From contig NC_068998.1 in assembly GCF_001194135.2 (NCBI RefSeq), positions 14,238,812 to 14,294,713 on the forward strand: DNA of 55,902 nt. Reading direction: 5' to 3'. Positions within the stretch are counted from its first letter, which is position 1. Every line of letters starts with the position of its first letter. Shown here in pieces: positions 25,187 through 40,312 of this stretch. The notes under the pieces were generated by a model. That model was given only the letters and a program-made list of their open reading frames with translations, made no database searches and was not told the origin of the DNA. Made by a program: the position numbers and the translations under genes. This DNA comes from Octopus bimaculoides. Taxonomy: Eukaryota.

Positions 25187-26374
25187 CATGTTGTACATAG
25201 ATACATACATGTAAGATTATATATTTATATATGCACGCACACATATATTCATGTGTGCATATATACGTATATATTTATACATGTGCGTAAATGAATATAT
25301 ATACATACACACGCACACTCAAACATATTGGCGGTGCTCCAGCGTGGCCACAACCTAAGAGCTGAAATATATAAATAATAGAAGAATAAAATAATATATA
25401 CATACACACACATATATATATATATATATATAAATATATATATAAATACATACATACAAGTATATATATATATATATATATATATNNNNNNNNNNNNNNN
25501 NNNNNNNNNNNNNNNNNNNNNNNNNNNNNNNNNNNNNNNNNNNNNNNNNNNNNNNNNNNNNNNNNNNNNNNNNNNNNNNNNNNNNNNNNNNNNNNNNNNN
25601 NNNNNNNNNNNNNNNNNNNNNNNNNNNNNNNNNNNNNNNNNNNNNNNNNNNNNNNNNNNNNNNNNNNNNNNNNNNNNNNNNNNNNNNNNNNNNNNNNNNN
25701 NNNNNNNNNNNNNNNNNNNNNNNNNNNNNNNNNNNNNNNNNNNNNNNNNNNNNNNNNNNNNNNNNNNNNNNNNNNNNNNNNNNNNNNNNNNNNNNNNNNN
25801 NNNNNNNNNNNNNNNNNNNNNNNNNNNNNNNNNNNNNNNNNNNNNNNNNNNNNNNNNNNNNNNNNNNNNNNNNNNNNNNNNNNNNNNNNNNNNNNNNNNN
25901 NNNNNNNNNNNNNNNNNNNNNNNNNNNNNNNNNNNNNNNNNNNNNNNNNNNNNNNNNNNNNNNNNNNNNNNNNNNNNNNNNNNNNNNNNNNNNNNNNNNN
26001 NNNNNNNNNNNNNNNNNNNNNNNNNNNNNNNNNNNNNNNNNNNNNNNNNNNNNNNNNNNNNNNNNNNNNNNNNNNNNNNNNNNNNNNNNNNNNNNNNNNN
26101 NNNNNNNNNNNNNNNNNNNNNNNNNNNNNNNNNNNNNNNNNNNNNNNNNNNNNNNNNNNNNNNNNNNNNNNNNNNNNNNNNNNNNNNNNNNNNNNNNNNN
26201 NNNNNNNNNNNNNNNNNNNNNNNNNNNNNNNNNNNNNNNNNNNNNNNNNNNNNNNNNNNNNNNNNNNNNNNNNNNNNNNNNNNNNNNNNNNNNNNNNNNN
26301 NNNNNNNNNNNNNNNNNNNNNNNNNNNNNNNNNNNNNNNNNNNNNNNNNNNNNNNNNNNNNNNNNNNNNNNNNN

Positions 26375-26425
<51 letters not shown>

Positions 26426-27154
26426 ATGTGTGTGTGTGTGTGTGTATGTATGTATTTAATCATATGAATATATGTGCATTTATATCAGTCTACGCGGGCA
26501 AACACACACATAGGCACAGACGCATATGGTGGTGAATTCTCACCCATTTGATTGGGAGTTGCTGTGTCAGTTCTCATTTTGTAGCTGTTCGAATCGATTA
26601 ACGTTGTCACTCTTCTAGTGAGTCTTGATTAATGCCTTAGTTACAGTAAAAGAAAAAAGAAGAAAAGAAAAGATAGGCACAGCTCTCGGCTCATACAGGT
26701 AAAAAATTTACAAAAGTATCAGTGCTGGATAGGTAGAGATTTTGTCTTATTCACTCAACAGAAATTTAAGAAGTGTAGTTGAACTCATCGGGATTTGAAC
26801 TGCGAACGTAAAAAAAAGACGTAACTCAACACTCCCGTCCGTGGAAATGAAATTGCAAGGCGCTTAACTGAATCAACTATTCCACTGATTCCCCCTAGTG
26901 GATATCAGATGAAAATTGGACGCACAAAATTCACTTACTCAGAGAATCTGTAGGGTCTAACAAAGATGTATATTTACTTCAGATCAGGTACGTCGAGCAC
27001 ATGATTCAATTTATGCCGAGAATCTGTTTGATAAACAGTATTCATGAAACACGCAGTAGGGATTCTATGCACCACTAATCGACAGAAAATAAATATGTAC
27101 ATAGACGTATCTAACTCTATATACATACATACATACATACATACATACATACAA

Positions 27155-27186
<32 letters not shown>

Positions 27187-27197
27187 GCAAATATATA

Positions 27198-27230
<33 letters not shown>

Positions 27231-27268
27231 AGTACAGGCTTAGCAAAGGAAAAAATATNNNNNNNNNN

Positions 27269-27313
<45 letters not shown>

Positions 27314-27478
27314 GTATGTATACACGCACACATATGTTATAGAGTGCTGATAATGATGCTCGAGGGAATATTGACTAATTGAATTCGTTGATATCAAGAC
27401 CGATATTTTATCTCGGTCTATCTAGTTATCTGTTTATTAATTTATCTTTCACATAATGTGTCAAAGCAATCTATCACT

Positions 27479-27534
<56 letters not shown>

Positions 27535-27772
27535 TAAACTGTCTCTCCATCTGAGTGTCTGTGTGTCTGTGTGTCTGTGTGTTTGTGTGTCTGTCTGTGT
27601 GTCTGTCTGTCTGACGGTATGACTATTTGTCAGTATGGATATAGGTAGTATATGTGATAGCTTACGTCCGCCCTTTTCCTGTTTCTCTTTTCCAGACATA
27701 TGAACATGCATACCCAGACACATACACAGGCTGTCATAGACGTAAGTCTTATTAACCACCTGGCAAACACAG

Positions 27773-27821
<49 letters not shown>

Positions 27822-27943
27822 TGTATGTATGTATGCAAATGTATGAATATATGCACGTACGCATGTATGTATATATACATGTTTATACACACAGTAATAC
27901 ATATAAATATATACGTGTGTACGGAAATACATATACGCGTGCA

Positions 27944-28021
<78 letters not shown>

Positions 28022-28255
28022 AGGATTGGCTGTCCTTAGCTGTAAGAAACAACGTAGAGTACCTCTTCTAATATACCTTTGTTAAAAAGGAACAAGCAGT
28101 GTTGAGCTAGGTGTTAGCATACTCTTTTAACAGGGTATAAAATGCAAAAATCATCTAAAGAAATCGAAGAATGTGTCGATTGTACATAAACTTTTGAGAT
28201 TTTATAAATATACGCGCACACATACATAAATACATACATACATACATGCATACAT

Positions 28256-29582
<1,327 letters not shown>

Positions 29583-29804
29583 TATAACACAAGAGTAGTA
29601 ATACAGAAGTAATGAAACTGAAAATGCACAAAGAATATATTGGAATTTATTTAGATTTTAAAATATAAATATACATTTAACTGGTTTCACATTTATTTTC
29701 AAAAGTGTATAGCAAATGGTGGCGCGCAGTAAATCGTATGTTTTCTCACCGCTGTTGTAAAAATTTATACATGTATATTTTCATACCTACCAGATAGAAA
29801 AAAA

Positions 29805-30028
29805 CGTTGTTATGAAGCTAATAGTTGTAAACCTCAAAACTCCCTGAAACTATTGCTTAAGACTCACACACACCCGCACAAACACACGTGTGTGTATCTT
29901 AAGCAATAGCTTGAAAGAGTTTTAAAGTATACAACTTTCATATTTACATTGAAATGTATATATTACATTTCGTTGTCTAGAGTACTATCTGAGGTTTTCA
30001 TGTTTGGAGTATCAGCTTCATAACAATA
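29805..30028. repeat. Imperfect fold-back element
   Basis: The inner arms gttgtaaacctcaaaactccctgaaactattgcttaagac and tcttaagcaatagcttgaaagagttttaaagtatacaac surround a CA/TG core. The outer arms are ttgttatgaagctaata and tatcagcttcataacaa. The left arm lacks about 75 bp relative to the right. Confidence 0.7.
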
Positions 30029-30429
30029 TTATTTTACCTCTTTGTTCTCGTAACATAAAGGTATTATGAGTTTGTGGTTAGGCGTGATACGTTTTAATAC
30101 ACCTTGTTCCTAGGATACTTTCGAATCTATGCAGGTTGTTTTGTATGTTTTTACTAGTTGCTGCTTTTGGTTGTACCAACACACAGATACAGAACACGTA
30201 AAATATACCTTGAAATCTAACAGAAGTTAAACACTTAAGTATTACAAACTAGCATTGTTGATTTTTCCCACCATTATAACAATACTCCTGACATGTTTAC
30301 TTAATGATAATGCAAGCTATGTATATATATATATATATATATATTTGTACTAATATATATATATATGCGTGTGTGTGTTTATATGTATGTATGTATATAT
30401 ATAAATATATATACGTTTATATGTGTGTA

Positions 30430-30514
<85 letters not shown>

Positions 30515-31020
30515 TTGTGTGTACCTATATACACACGCACATACATATACGTGAGCCCGAGCACATCCCATCACAAATATCTATTTACGCAACTGAAACA
30601 CCATTAGATAAAAATAATGACGTATATAACATTTACAGTGATTATTCAAACATAAAACACCACTAGCTGTCATATTTTGTCCCTGCGAAACCTCTTACAA
30701 ATACTTCTGAATGTAGCACTTGCTCAGAATGTCATCGGACAGCAGAACATCGGACACTGTGTTACGATTTCATTTGATCTTATTCCCAGGTATTTTGAGC
30801 ACAGCCGCAAAATATTCGAACTGATATAGAAGTCGGTAAAGAAAACATTCACTGATTTGTGCGAAAGCAGGTTTGACTAGAAGTAAATGAAAATACTGAC
30901 TTGATATAATCTTAGATTAAGAAGACGATGCGTTCGGTATTTTAATTTATTTACAAGTAAAGACTGGCACTAGATGTAATATTTTATCTCAGAGTAACTT
31001 TTCAGACAGATAAAATATCC

Positions 31021-31197
31021 TTTTCTACTCTAGGCACAAGGCCCGAAAGTTTTGGGGAATGGGGGGCAGTCGATTAGAGCGACCCCAGTATGCAACTGGT
31101 ACTTAATTTATCGACCCCGAAAGGATGAAAGGCAAAGTCGACCTCGGCGGAATTTGAACTCTGAACGTAAAGAGAGACGAAACACCGCTAAGCATCA
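31021..31197 (-). mobile_element. Family A SINE, 5'-truncated
   Basis: ctggtacttaatttatcgaccccgaaaggatgaaaggcaaagtcgacctcggcggaatttgaactc is the reverse complement of the core. Confidence 0.9.
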
Positions 31198-32148
31198 CCA
31201 GCACCGCAACTACATTCATCACCCCTACTAGTATTATCATCGACACCGCCGCAGCCAGCACCACCGCCACCACCACCACCACCACCACCACCACAACAAC
31301 AACANNNNNNNNNNNNNNNNNNNNNNNNNNNNNNNNNNNNNNNNNNNNNNNNNNNNNNNNNNNNNNNNNNNNNNNNNNNNNNNNNNNNNNNNNNNNNNNN
31401 NNNNNNNNNNNNNNNNNNNNNNNNNNNNNNNNNNNNNNNNNNNNNNNNNNNNNNNNNNNNNNNNNNNNNNNNNNNNNNNNNNNNNNNNNNNNNNNNNNNN
31501 NNNNNNNNNNNNNNNNNNNNNNNNNNNNNNNNNNNNNNNNNNNNNNNNNNNNNNNNNNNNNNNNNNNNNNNNNNNNNNNNNNNNNNNNNNNNNNNNNNNN
31601 NNNNNNNNNNNNNNNNNNNNNNNNNNNNNNNNNNNNNNNNNNNNNNNNNNNNNNNNNNNNNNNNNNNNNNNNNNNNNNNNNNNNNNNNNNNNNNNNNNNN
31701 NNNNNNNNNNNNNNNNNNNNNNNNNNNNNNNNNNNNNNNNNNNNNNNNNNNNNNNNNNNNNNNNNNNNNNNNNNNNNNNNNNNNNNNNNNNNNNNNNNNN
31801 NNNNNNNNNNNNNNNNNNNNNNNNNNNNNNNNNNNNNNNNNNNNNNNNNNNNNNNNNNNNNNNNNNNNNNNNNNNNNNNNNNNNNNNNNNNNNNNNNNNN
31901 NNNNNNNNNNNNNNNNNNNNNNNNNNNNNNNNNNNNNNNNNNNNNNNNNNNNNNNNNNNNNNNNNNNNNNNNNNNNNNNNNNNNNNNNNNNNNNNNNNNN
32001 NNNNNNNNNNNNNNNNNNNNNNNNNNNNNNNNNNNNNNNNNNNNNNNNNNNNNNNNNNNNNNNNNNNNNNNNNNNNNNNNNNNNNNNNNNNNNNNNNNNN
32101 NNNNNNNNNNNNNNNNNNNNNNNNNNNNNNNNNNNNNNNNNNNNNNNN

Positions 32149-32184
<36 letters not shown>

Positions 32185-32186
<2 letters not shown>

Positions 32187-32400
32187 GTAATTGTGTCTGT
32201 TCCTCGCCACAACTTAATAGCCAGTGTGGGTTTGTTCGTCACTATAAATTAGCGGTTCGACAAAAACCCAAACAGACTAAATGCTAACTTAAAAAAAAAC
32301 GCATAAATACAAGGGGAGATTTTTCCAACTAAATCCTTTCAGGTAGTGCTCCAGCATTGTCGTAGTTCAATGACTGAAACAAGTAAAAAATAAAAGATAA
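32185..32400 (+). mobile_element. SINE 3' tail downstream of (TG)n (probably family B); other tail pieces at about 1060-1230 -, 18161 +, 18455 +, 19320-19410 -, 25330 +
   Basis: These share the motif ggtgctccagcatggccgcagtcaaatgactgaaacaagtaaaa or its reverse complement. Confidence 0.7.
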
Positions 32401-32429
32401 ATATGACATAATATTGTATTGAAAACAAT

Positions 32430-34870
32430 ACTAAGGCGGTGGTTTGGCAGAGCGAGGAATCTTAAGATAATTGGTTGTTTGACTAATTGAATTGCTTCTC
32501 TTGAAGTGGAGAAATCGAGATTTAGTTAGATTCCTTGGAGAGTCTAAGCCGGGATCGTCTCTGCCTTTTGATCTTTCTGTGTTCGATAAAGGGAGGTACC
32601 AGCAATATAAAGATACTCAAATCAATTAAATATAGCAACTCCACTATAGATAAAAGATTTGTTGCAATAAAGGAACAGAATTATTGATAATCGTGAGTGA
32701 GGTGGGTTTGACGGAAAAGCTGAGTGTCGGAGAAAGTTGCCATTTGGGACTGAATAAAAAATAACATTATTTATATAGATGTAATGCAATCGTCTATGTC
32801 TTTTCCACAAAATATGATTCATTGACTCTTTAAACTATATTTATTATATTTTATTTCAACATAAAGATCAGTATTATTGATACAGGTACGAGTGGGGTGG
32901 GTTTGTCAGAAAGGCTGAGAGTCGGAGAAAATTGCCTCATGGTATTTGCTCCGACTCCTTTACGTTTAGAGTTGACATCCCACCAAGGACAACTTTGCCT
33001 TTCAGGGGTCGATAAAATAAAATATTCGTAATGCACTGGGATCAATGTCATTTACTAACCTGCGTTTCATTATATTTTTGGCCTTACGTCTATGTTAGAA
33101 ATATATATTGATAAAGCAGTGATTTAAGAGAAACAACAGTTTTCCAGACTAGCAGGTTTACAATATTTGGTTTATTTAGTTTTATGCTCTGAGTTATAGT
33201 AAAATTAGGGAGTAATATTTGCCTTGAACCTACAATTTGAGACGCCTTATCTTATCTGGATTTCTGAGGCGTTTAGGTGATAGAAAGCACATAAAATACC
33301 CTTCCGAAAAATACTTCAGTCATTTGCAGTTTAATTTTGATCGTCTCTATTTTCTGCTGAGTGGATTGGAGCGACGTGAATTAGTGTTTTCTTCAAAGGA
33401 ACAATGAATTTCTGACCCTGAAATGGAAACCGCGATCTCACCGTCATGAAACCAACATCCTCTCTACCAGGCCCCTTCACACATGTGATACACTTTAGTA
33501 TTTCTTTTGTAATTCTTTTGGCACTCAAAAATAAGACAAGCATTATTTATACAAGTGTAATTCAACCATCTATGTCTTTTTCACTCATTGACTCTTTAAA
33601 CTGTATTTATTATTTTTTATTTCTTTAGGAAATTGCCAAAGTTATGTCATAAACAAACCGAATACAATCTTTCATATGAAAAGATATTTTTTTAAGAAAA
33701 AAATATATTTATTTTTCGTTTTCGCAAAAAGCAAAATTCAGCAGAAAACGTAACTAAATGCAAACACAAAGAAATAAAGACGCTTGTTAAACATTGATGG
33801 CAGAATAATCTCTATAATACTTATTTTATGTGATACACAGAGAAATAAAGTTAAAGTATTACGTGCTTTTCAGAAAATATTCGATTCTGAATGAATCAAT
33901 AAACGAATGAACGATTAATTGAACAATACAACTAAAAGTGATACAATCTTGTAAAGTTAAGGAAGGCTGGATTATAGTACTATGAAAACACAATAGGTTA
34001 TGTAATAGAATATTTGCAATGGAAATCAAACTGAGTCTTTTCATAAGTACATAAGCCGAATCATTGAATGTTGTGATATCGTGTAAAGAGCATTTGGTGA
34101 TACAACAGCTTCCAAATAAATTCGCACAGGTAGCCATGCTCGTCAATGCTATTTTGCACAGTTCACTGGCTACGGTTTTCCATTTTTTTCTTTACAAATT
34201 TGATTTTATGTGAAAGAATTCAAGTAATTGGATAACATTGCATCAACCACAGAATAAGTATCTTTAGTGTTATTGACTATTCAGTAGGTTGACTATTAGG
34301 AAAAACTTTTCTGGTTTCCATAACTCCAGCTTCAGAAAATCTTTTGGTTTGTCATCATAATCAGAGAGTTAAAAATGAGTAACGTGTTTTTAACGTAATA
34401 TTCTTTCTAATTTTCGCATAAGGCCAGCAATTTTGAAGCGAATATGGCAGTCGCTTATATCGATTCCAGTACTCAACTAGTACTTATTTTATCGATCCCT
34501 AAAGGATCTATAGGAGGTATTTGAACTTAGAACGTAAATAGCCGAAAGAAATGCCGCTAAATATTTTCCCGACATGTAGTCATTAAGTCAGCATGCCGCA
34601 TTTTATTGTACTATGATATAAATCTGATATAACAGATAATGAGACGGCAGTGTGTTGGCACAGTCGTTTGCATGTTGGACAAAATGCTTCGCAGCAGTTC
34701 TTTCGGCTTTATATTCTGCGGTCAAATTTTGCCGCTGAGGTTGTAGTTGCCTTTCAACCTTACGTGACTTATAAAATATGTAACAGTTGAGCACTAAAGG
34801 TTTATGTAACAGAACTAGCCTCCTCCCACAAAATTTCAGGCCTTCTGTCTATAGTACAAAAAATGTAATA
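32430..34870. mobile_element. Scattered decayed family A SINEs (about 32430 +, 32890 +, 34420 -, 34645 +)
   Basis: Partial core motifs include gcctttcaggggtcgataaaataaa and tagtacttattttatcgatccctaaagg. Confidence 0.6.
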
Positions 34871-35568
34871 AGTAGTAGAACTTATCCTGTAGCAATAAGG
34901 AGTTCTGGTTCTTCCACCATCAGACCTCCTTCCCTGACTAACCCAGCAGGAATTGATCAAGTCTCAGCTTGCGTCCTAGCAACAACTAACCAATGGTCTG
35001 CCTTCTTCCTCAAAAGCCATCTAATAACTGTTTCTGTAACTTCAATTGTGGATTGTGTTATACGCACACACAACACACACGTGTGTGTAATAACAGTTTA
35101 ATAACAAGTTTCGAACCCTGTAAACTACATTCTTTTCCAGTCGAAAAAGGAAATTCTCTAAAGGAAATAATGGGGCCAGAAGTTCACTTCCAATCTTGTT
35201 TATGAAGCCCTCTTCAATGCTTTTCCTTTTATTAACCTAAAAACTTGAAACCTATTTTAATTTTCCTAATCGATTTATCACAGAAATTTGACCTTCCTTA
35301 AAATTGTTTTTAATTCCATCAAAAGAAAGTGGGAGTAGCTTCAACAACGATGTTTTTTAAAAATCTTTTGTATCTTCTCTAATAATTACGTCAAGTAAAT
35401 AATTGTTTCTAATACAAGCACAAGGCCTGAAATTTAGGGAAGGGAGTTATTAGACAACATCAATCTCACTGCTAGACTAGTACTTTTATGTACCCCAAAA
35501 GTATATCAACAAAGAAGTTTACCACGGCAGGATTTGAACTTAGAATGTAAAGAGATGGGACAAATATT

Positions 35569-35783
35569 CTTTTCTACTCTACGCACACGGCTAGAAATTT
35601 TGTGGTAGGGGGCAAGTCGAATACACCGACTCCAGTACGCAATTGGTACTTAATTTAGCGACCCCGAAAGGATGAAAGGCAAAGTCGACTTCGGGGGAAT
35701 TTGAACTCAGAACGTAAAGACAGAGGAAATACCGTTAAGCATTTCGCTCGGCGTGCTAACGATTCTGCCAGCTCGCTGCCTTC
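35569..35783 (-). mobile_element. Full-length family A SINE inserted into an older family A SINE, with a TSD
   Basis: The copy is complete. The flanks agagatgggacaaatatt (35551-35568) and agagttcggacaaatatt (35784-35801) match at 16 of 18 bases. The host copy spans about 35405-35845. Confidence 0.85.
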
Positions 35784-35912
35784 AGAGTTCGGACAAATAT
35801 TGCAAGACATTTTTTTCTGATGTTTTAACGATTCCAGTCAAGTAAATAATATTCTTTATTCGAGATTTACTTGCCACGCTGTTGTGACAGATACCCTGCA
35901 ACAAATAAGTAC

Positions 35913-35968
<56 letters not shown>

Positions 35969-35971
35969 CTT

Positions 35972-36054
<83 letters not shown>

Positions 36055-36057
36055 CTT

Positions 36058-36090
<33 letters not shown>

Positions 36091-36556
36091 CTATCNNNNN
36101 NNNNNNNNNNNNNNNNNNNNNNNNNNNNNNNNNNNNNNNNNNNNNNNNNNNNNNNNNNNNNNNNNNNNNNNNNNNNNNNNNNNNNNNNNNNNNNNNNNNN
36201 NNNNNNNNNNNNNNNNNNNNNNNNNNNNNNNNNNNNNNNNNNNNNNNNNNNNNNNNNNNNNNNNNNNNNNNNNNNNNNNNNNNNNNNNNNNNNNNNNNNN
36301 NNNNNNNNNNNNNNNNNNNNNNNNNNNNNNNNNNNNNNNNNNNNNNNNNNNNNNNNNNNNNNNNNNNNNNNNNNNNNNNNNNNNNNNNNNNNNNNNNNNN
36401 NNNNNNNNNNNNNNNNNNNNNNNNNNNNNNNNNNNNNNNNNNNNNNNNNNNNNNNNNNNNNNNNNNNNNNNNNNNNNNNNNNNNNNNNNNNNNNNNNNNN
36501 NNNNNNNNNNNNNNNNNNNNNNNNNNNNNNNNNNNNNNNNNNNNNNNNNNNNNNNN

Positions 36557-36602
<46 letters not shown>

Positions 36603-37889
36603 CGTGTACATATTTATATATTCGCCCGAAGGGGGACAATGAGAATGAATACTCAACACTGCATTGGTTGATAAAATATTTTGTCGATTAAGGCTACCAT
36701 TGGTTTCATATAAAGGAAGTTCTCAAAACTTATCAAACCTTTTACATGGAACATTGGAGTATAGATTAATCTAAAGTGGAGACAAACAACGCTGTTCCGT
36801 ATGATAGGCTTGATAATTGCTAAGAACGTCCTTAGCATGAAACAATGGTAGTCTTAATCCACAAATAAAGTATATATATAAATATATGTCTGTGTGTGCG
36901 CATGCACGCGCGTAGCGTGTGATTGTGTGTGTGTGCGTGCGTGCATCTGTGTGTGTGCATTTTATATACGAGTGCATCACCGTACACAGACACAGACACG
37001 CGAATATAGTGTGAATGCACGAAGTAGCAAAGATCAATATAAAGATGTGCGCATTTATTTTTAACTCTCTTCGGAACACTATAACTACATGAAATTAATC
37101 CGAAGCAAAATTTTTGTCGGATCAGTTGTGTATGTTTGAAATTTGCATCTTTGCCGGATTTTAAAATTATTCTATCGCTATAAATATATGTCAAACCGTT
37201 TTTCAATTTTTATATCAATATGACTCTGTGTGTGTGTGTGTGATGTGTATGTGTATATGTGTGACCGTGTGTTAATATTAAGTCAATCATCTTGGCTCAT
37301 CGGTATCTTCCAAATAGCTTTATCTAAATGTCAATTGATTTTATAATAATTACCAACCGTAACTTAATTTCCACACTCCAACTCTGATGACGCTAATCAC
37401 AACTCTATATTGATGAGTACAGTGGTACATTCAACGATGAGAAAATAATTTAGCATTAACAAACATCTGCCTATCCTGTTTATCTGCGTGCTGGGTGATC
37501 AGGTAGCTGACTGATTTCCTGAAGTTAATGTTGCAAATAGTTAGGTCATTTAAATCATAGAACGTAAAGAATATCGATCCTTCTTCATTTTGTCTACCCC
37601 TAAAACAGTGCCTATAGGCATTGGAATATCCCCCGTATTATTTATTGTCCAACATAACCGTCTGTTATCTCGGTTGCCTGCAAGAGGCGTCGCTTTCAAA
37701 CCTTTATTTTGTTTATTCTTCACTTGTCAAAGCGTCTTACAAAATACATTTCAAGACTTGTTCCAGCTCTTGACAGCCTGAGTTCAAATTCTAGAAACAA
37801 GTCCGAGGTTCGAAGTCTCAGACTTTTTCCTATCGTTCAATTTCTGGTTGTGCACCTATGTAAGAAAATATTATTACTAAAGAGGATGA

Positions 37890-38700
37890 AAAGGCAGCGA
37901 GATGACAGAATCGTTAGCGCGTTGGCTAAAATGATTAACCATATTCTCGACTCTTACCGCCTTAGTTCAAATTTCGTCGTGTCTACTTGGCAGTTCATTC
38001 TTACGAAGTCGATAAAATAGTCATGTACCTTAAGGAGAAACCATTATCAAAAGGAAGAAAAAGGCGGCGAGTTGGCACAGTCGTTAGCAAGCCGGGCAAA
38101 TTCTTAGCGGCATTTCTCCCGCTTTTACGGTCTGCGTTCAAATCCCGCCAAGGTCGACTTTGCCTTTCATTATTTCGGGGTCTATATAATCGACTTACCC
38201 CTTCCATAACATTACTGGTTTTGTGCCTAAATTTGAAACCATTATTAAAAGGGAAGCGAACAGGCAGAATTGTCTAAGTGACAGACAAATTATTTTGCAG
38301 CAATTCTTCTAACTCTACGTTCCGAGTTCAAACGCGTCGAGGTGAACTGTGCCTTTCATCCTTCTTGGGTTGATAAACTAAAAATAAAGTAACAAGACAA
38401 ATTCTTGAATCGATGGTTTTGAATAGCCTTTCCCTTCAAAATTGCTGGTCCTGTTTCTAAAATACAAACCATTTAATGTGTCGATCTAGCGGAATAGTTA
38501 CAGAACTGGAAAAAACATTCCCCTACTGTATCGGTTTCGGTTGTTTATGCTCTGTGATCAAATCCAACTGAGGCCAACTTTTTCTCTCATACTTCCAGAG
38601 TAGATATAGACTAAAGCTCTAGTCAATTACTTGCTCCATATAATCAACTAACCTCATTCTATGAAAGTACCTGGCATTGTGCCTAAATTATAAAAAAAAT
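37890..38700 (+). mobile_element. Cluster of four family A SINEs in the same orientation
   Basis: Heads lie near 37893 (ggcagcgagatgacagaatcgttagc), 38062 (aaggcggcgagttggcacagtcgttagc), 38255 and 38490. Each is followed by B-box, core and tail motifs. Confidence 0.75.
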
Positions 38701-39714
38701 ATTATTGATGTTGTTGCTGTTGCTTTTGTTGTTGCTAATAATATTAGTTGAGGTGGCAATAGCAGTAGTAGTAGCAGTGTCAAAATTATTATTATTATTT
38801 GTAGTGGTGATCTTTGCGAAAGTGCTATCAAATCGCTACCATGGTTGATACACAAACATAACCAGTACAGCAGTAACAGACACAACTTTAACAGCAACAG
38901 CAGTAGGAATAGACAAGACATACGATGGCTCCATTACAATAACAATATTTGTGACTACCGTGCATGTTTTACCTCATTCTTGCTGATGATATCATTGCTG
39001 TTATATATATACATGTATATATATATATNNNNNNNNNNTATACATATGTATATGTACATATATATATATGTGTGTGTGTGTGTGTATGTGTGTGTATACA
39101 TACAACAGTAACGATAATATCAAGAAGGATGAGATAAAACATCCCCATATATGTGTTGTTGCTGATGTTTGTGGTTGTTTTGATGGCGAGGGCGGTGGTG
39201 TTCGTGCACAATGAGGACTTTTTACTGTGGGACCCAAGAGAGAAAATATCTGTCTGTATATACGAGAAATTTCATGCTTGAGAGATTACTATTAGATGGA
39301 ACTGGATAGTCGTGTATTTTGTAGATATTATATCCGTGTGCATAGTGCTGTTTGTATACTTTTGTGTCTAGATCAGTGCATAGTTTTACCGTTGCTTTTA
39401 TGTTTCATCATCATTGCTATTGTTGTTGTTGTTGTTTGTTAAAGGTGTTCTCATGAAAGATTTGCGAAGGAAGTAATTCTTAACCGGTTCTTAATGTCCC
39501 TTTCTTATGAGTTGTTTAAGGGTGTAACGAATTATTTGGGGGGGTAGAACAGTGATTCTTAGCCAATAGACTCCTTCGAGTGATGATGGACCGAAAACTG
39601 TGGCGGATAGACTTTGTTGCTGCAGCCCCGGTTGGAACCCGGCCATAATAAAAAAAAAACATAATAATATAAGAGATTCCGAAAAATGTCCGGAAAATCG
39701 GCGTTGTGGCTTGG

Positions 39715-39895
39715 ATCTCCGTCAGTTACGACGACGAGTGTTTCAGTTGCTTTGATAAACCGAACAACCTGCTCGTGAAATTAGCGTTCAAGTGACAGAG
39801 CACACCATAGTAACGCATGCCATTAAAGTGGTTGTCAGGGAGAAGATACAGAATATGACAAGGCAGACACTTTGAAATACAGGTGTAAGTCAGTG
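39715..39895 (-). mobile_element. Diverged 3' part of a family C SINE
   Basis: gtgaaattagcgttcaagtgacagagcacaccatag...tgacaaggcagacactttgaaatacagg matches the reverse complement of 55795-55902. Confidence 0.75.
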
Positions 39896-40312
39896 TTGTA
39901 GTTGTAGTTGCGACCGATAGATAGTATCAGGAATTGAAAACCAGAATTAGTAATTAAGTTTCCATGGTTTCGCCAGAAAAAGTCAGTTACAACAGTAGGT
40001 ATGCAGAAATATATTTTAGAATATTTTCTTTTCCATATTTTTTTGTGATGGTAGTGTAAGATCTGATGGAAGATTTGGCGCCTGTCGAGTTTCCTTACCA
40101 AACTTTTTCAAACGTGATCGTTCGAATAAAAACTTCCCTTCAGTTTCTACTTTTTCTTCACCTTTCTCATCGAACCCCTTCTTATCCAACCCCATCTTCT
40201 CTATTCGTTCCTTACCTCCCAATCTACCATTCTCTTCCCCTCCTCCTATAATGGTGTTGTACAGTATGAAATGAACGAGTGTAACAAAATATTAATATTT
40301 ATGCATAAAGTC

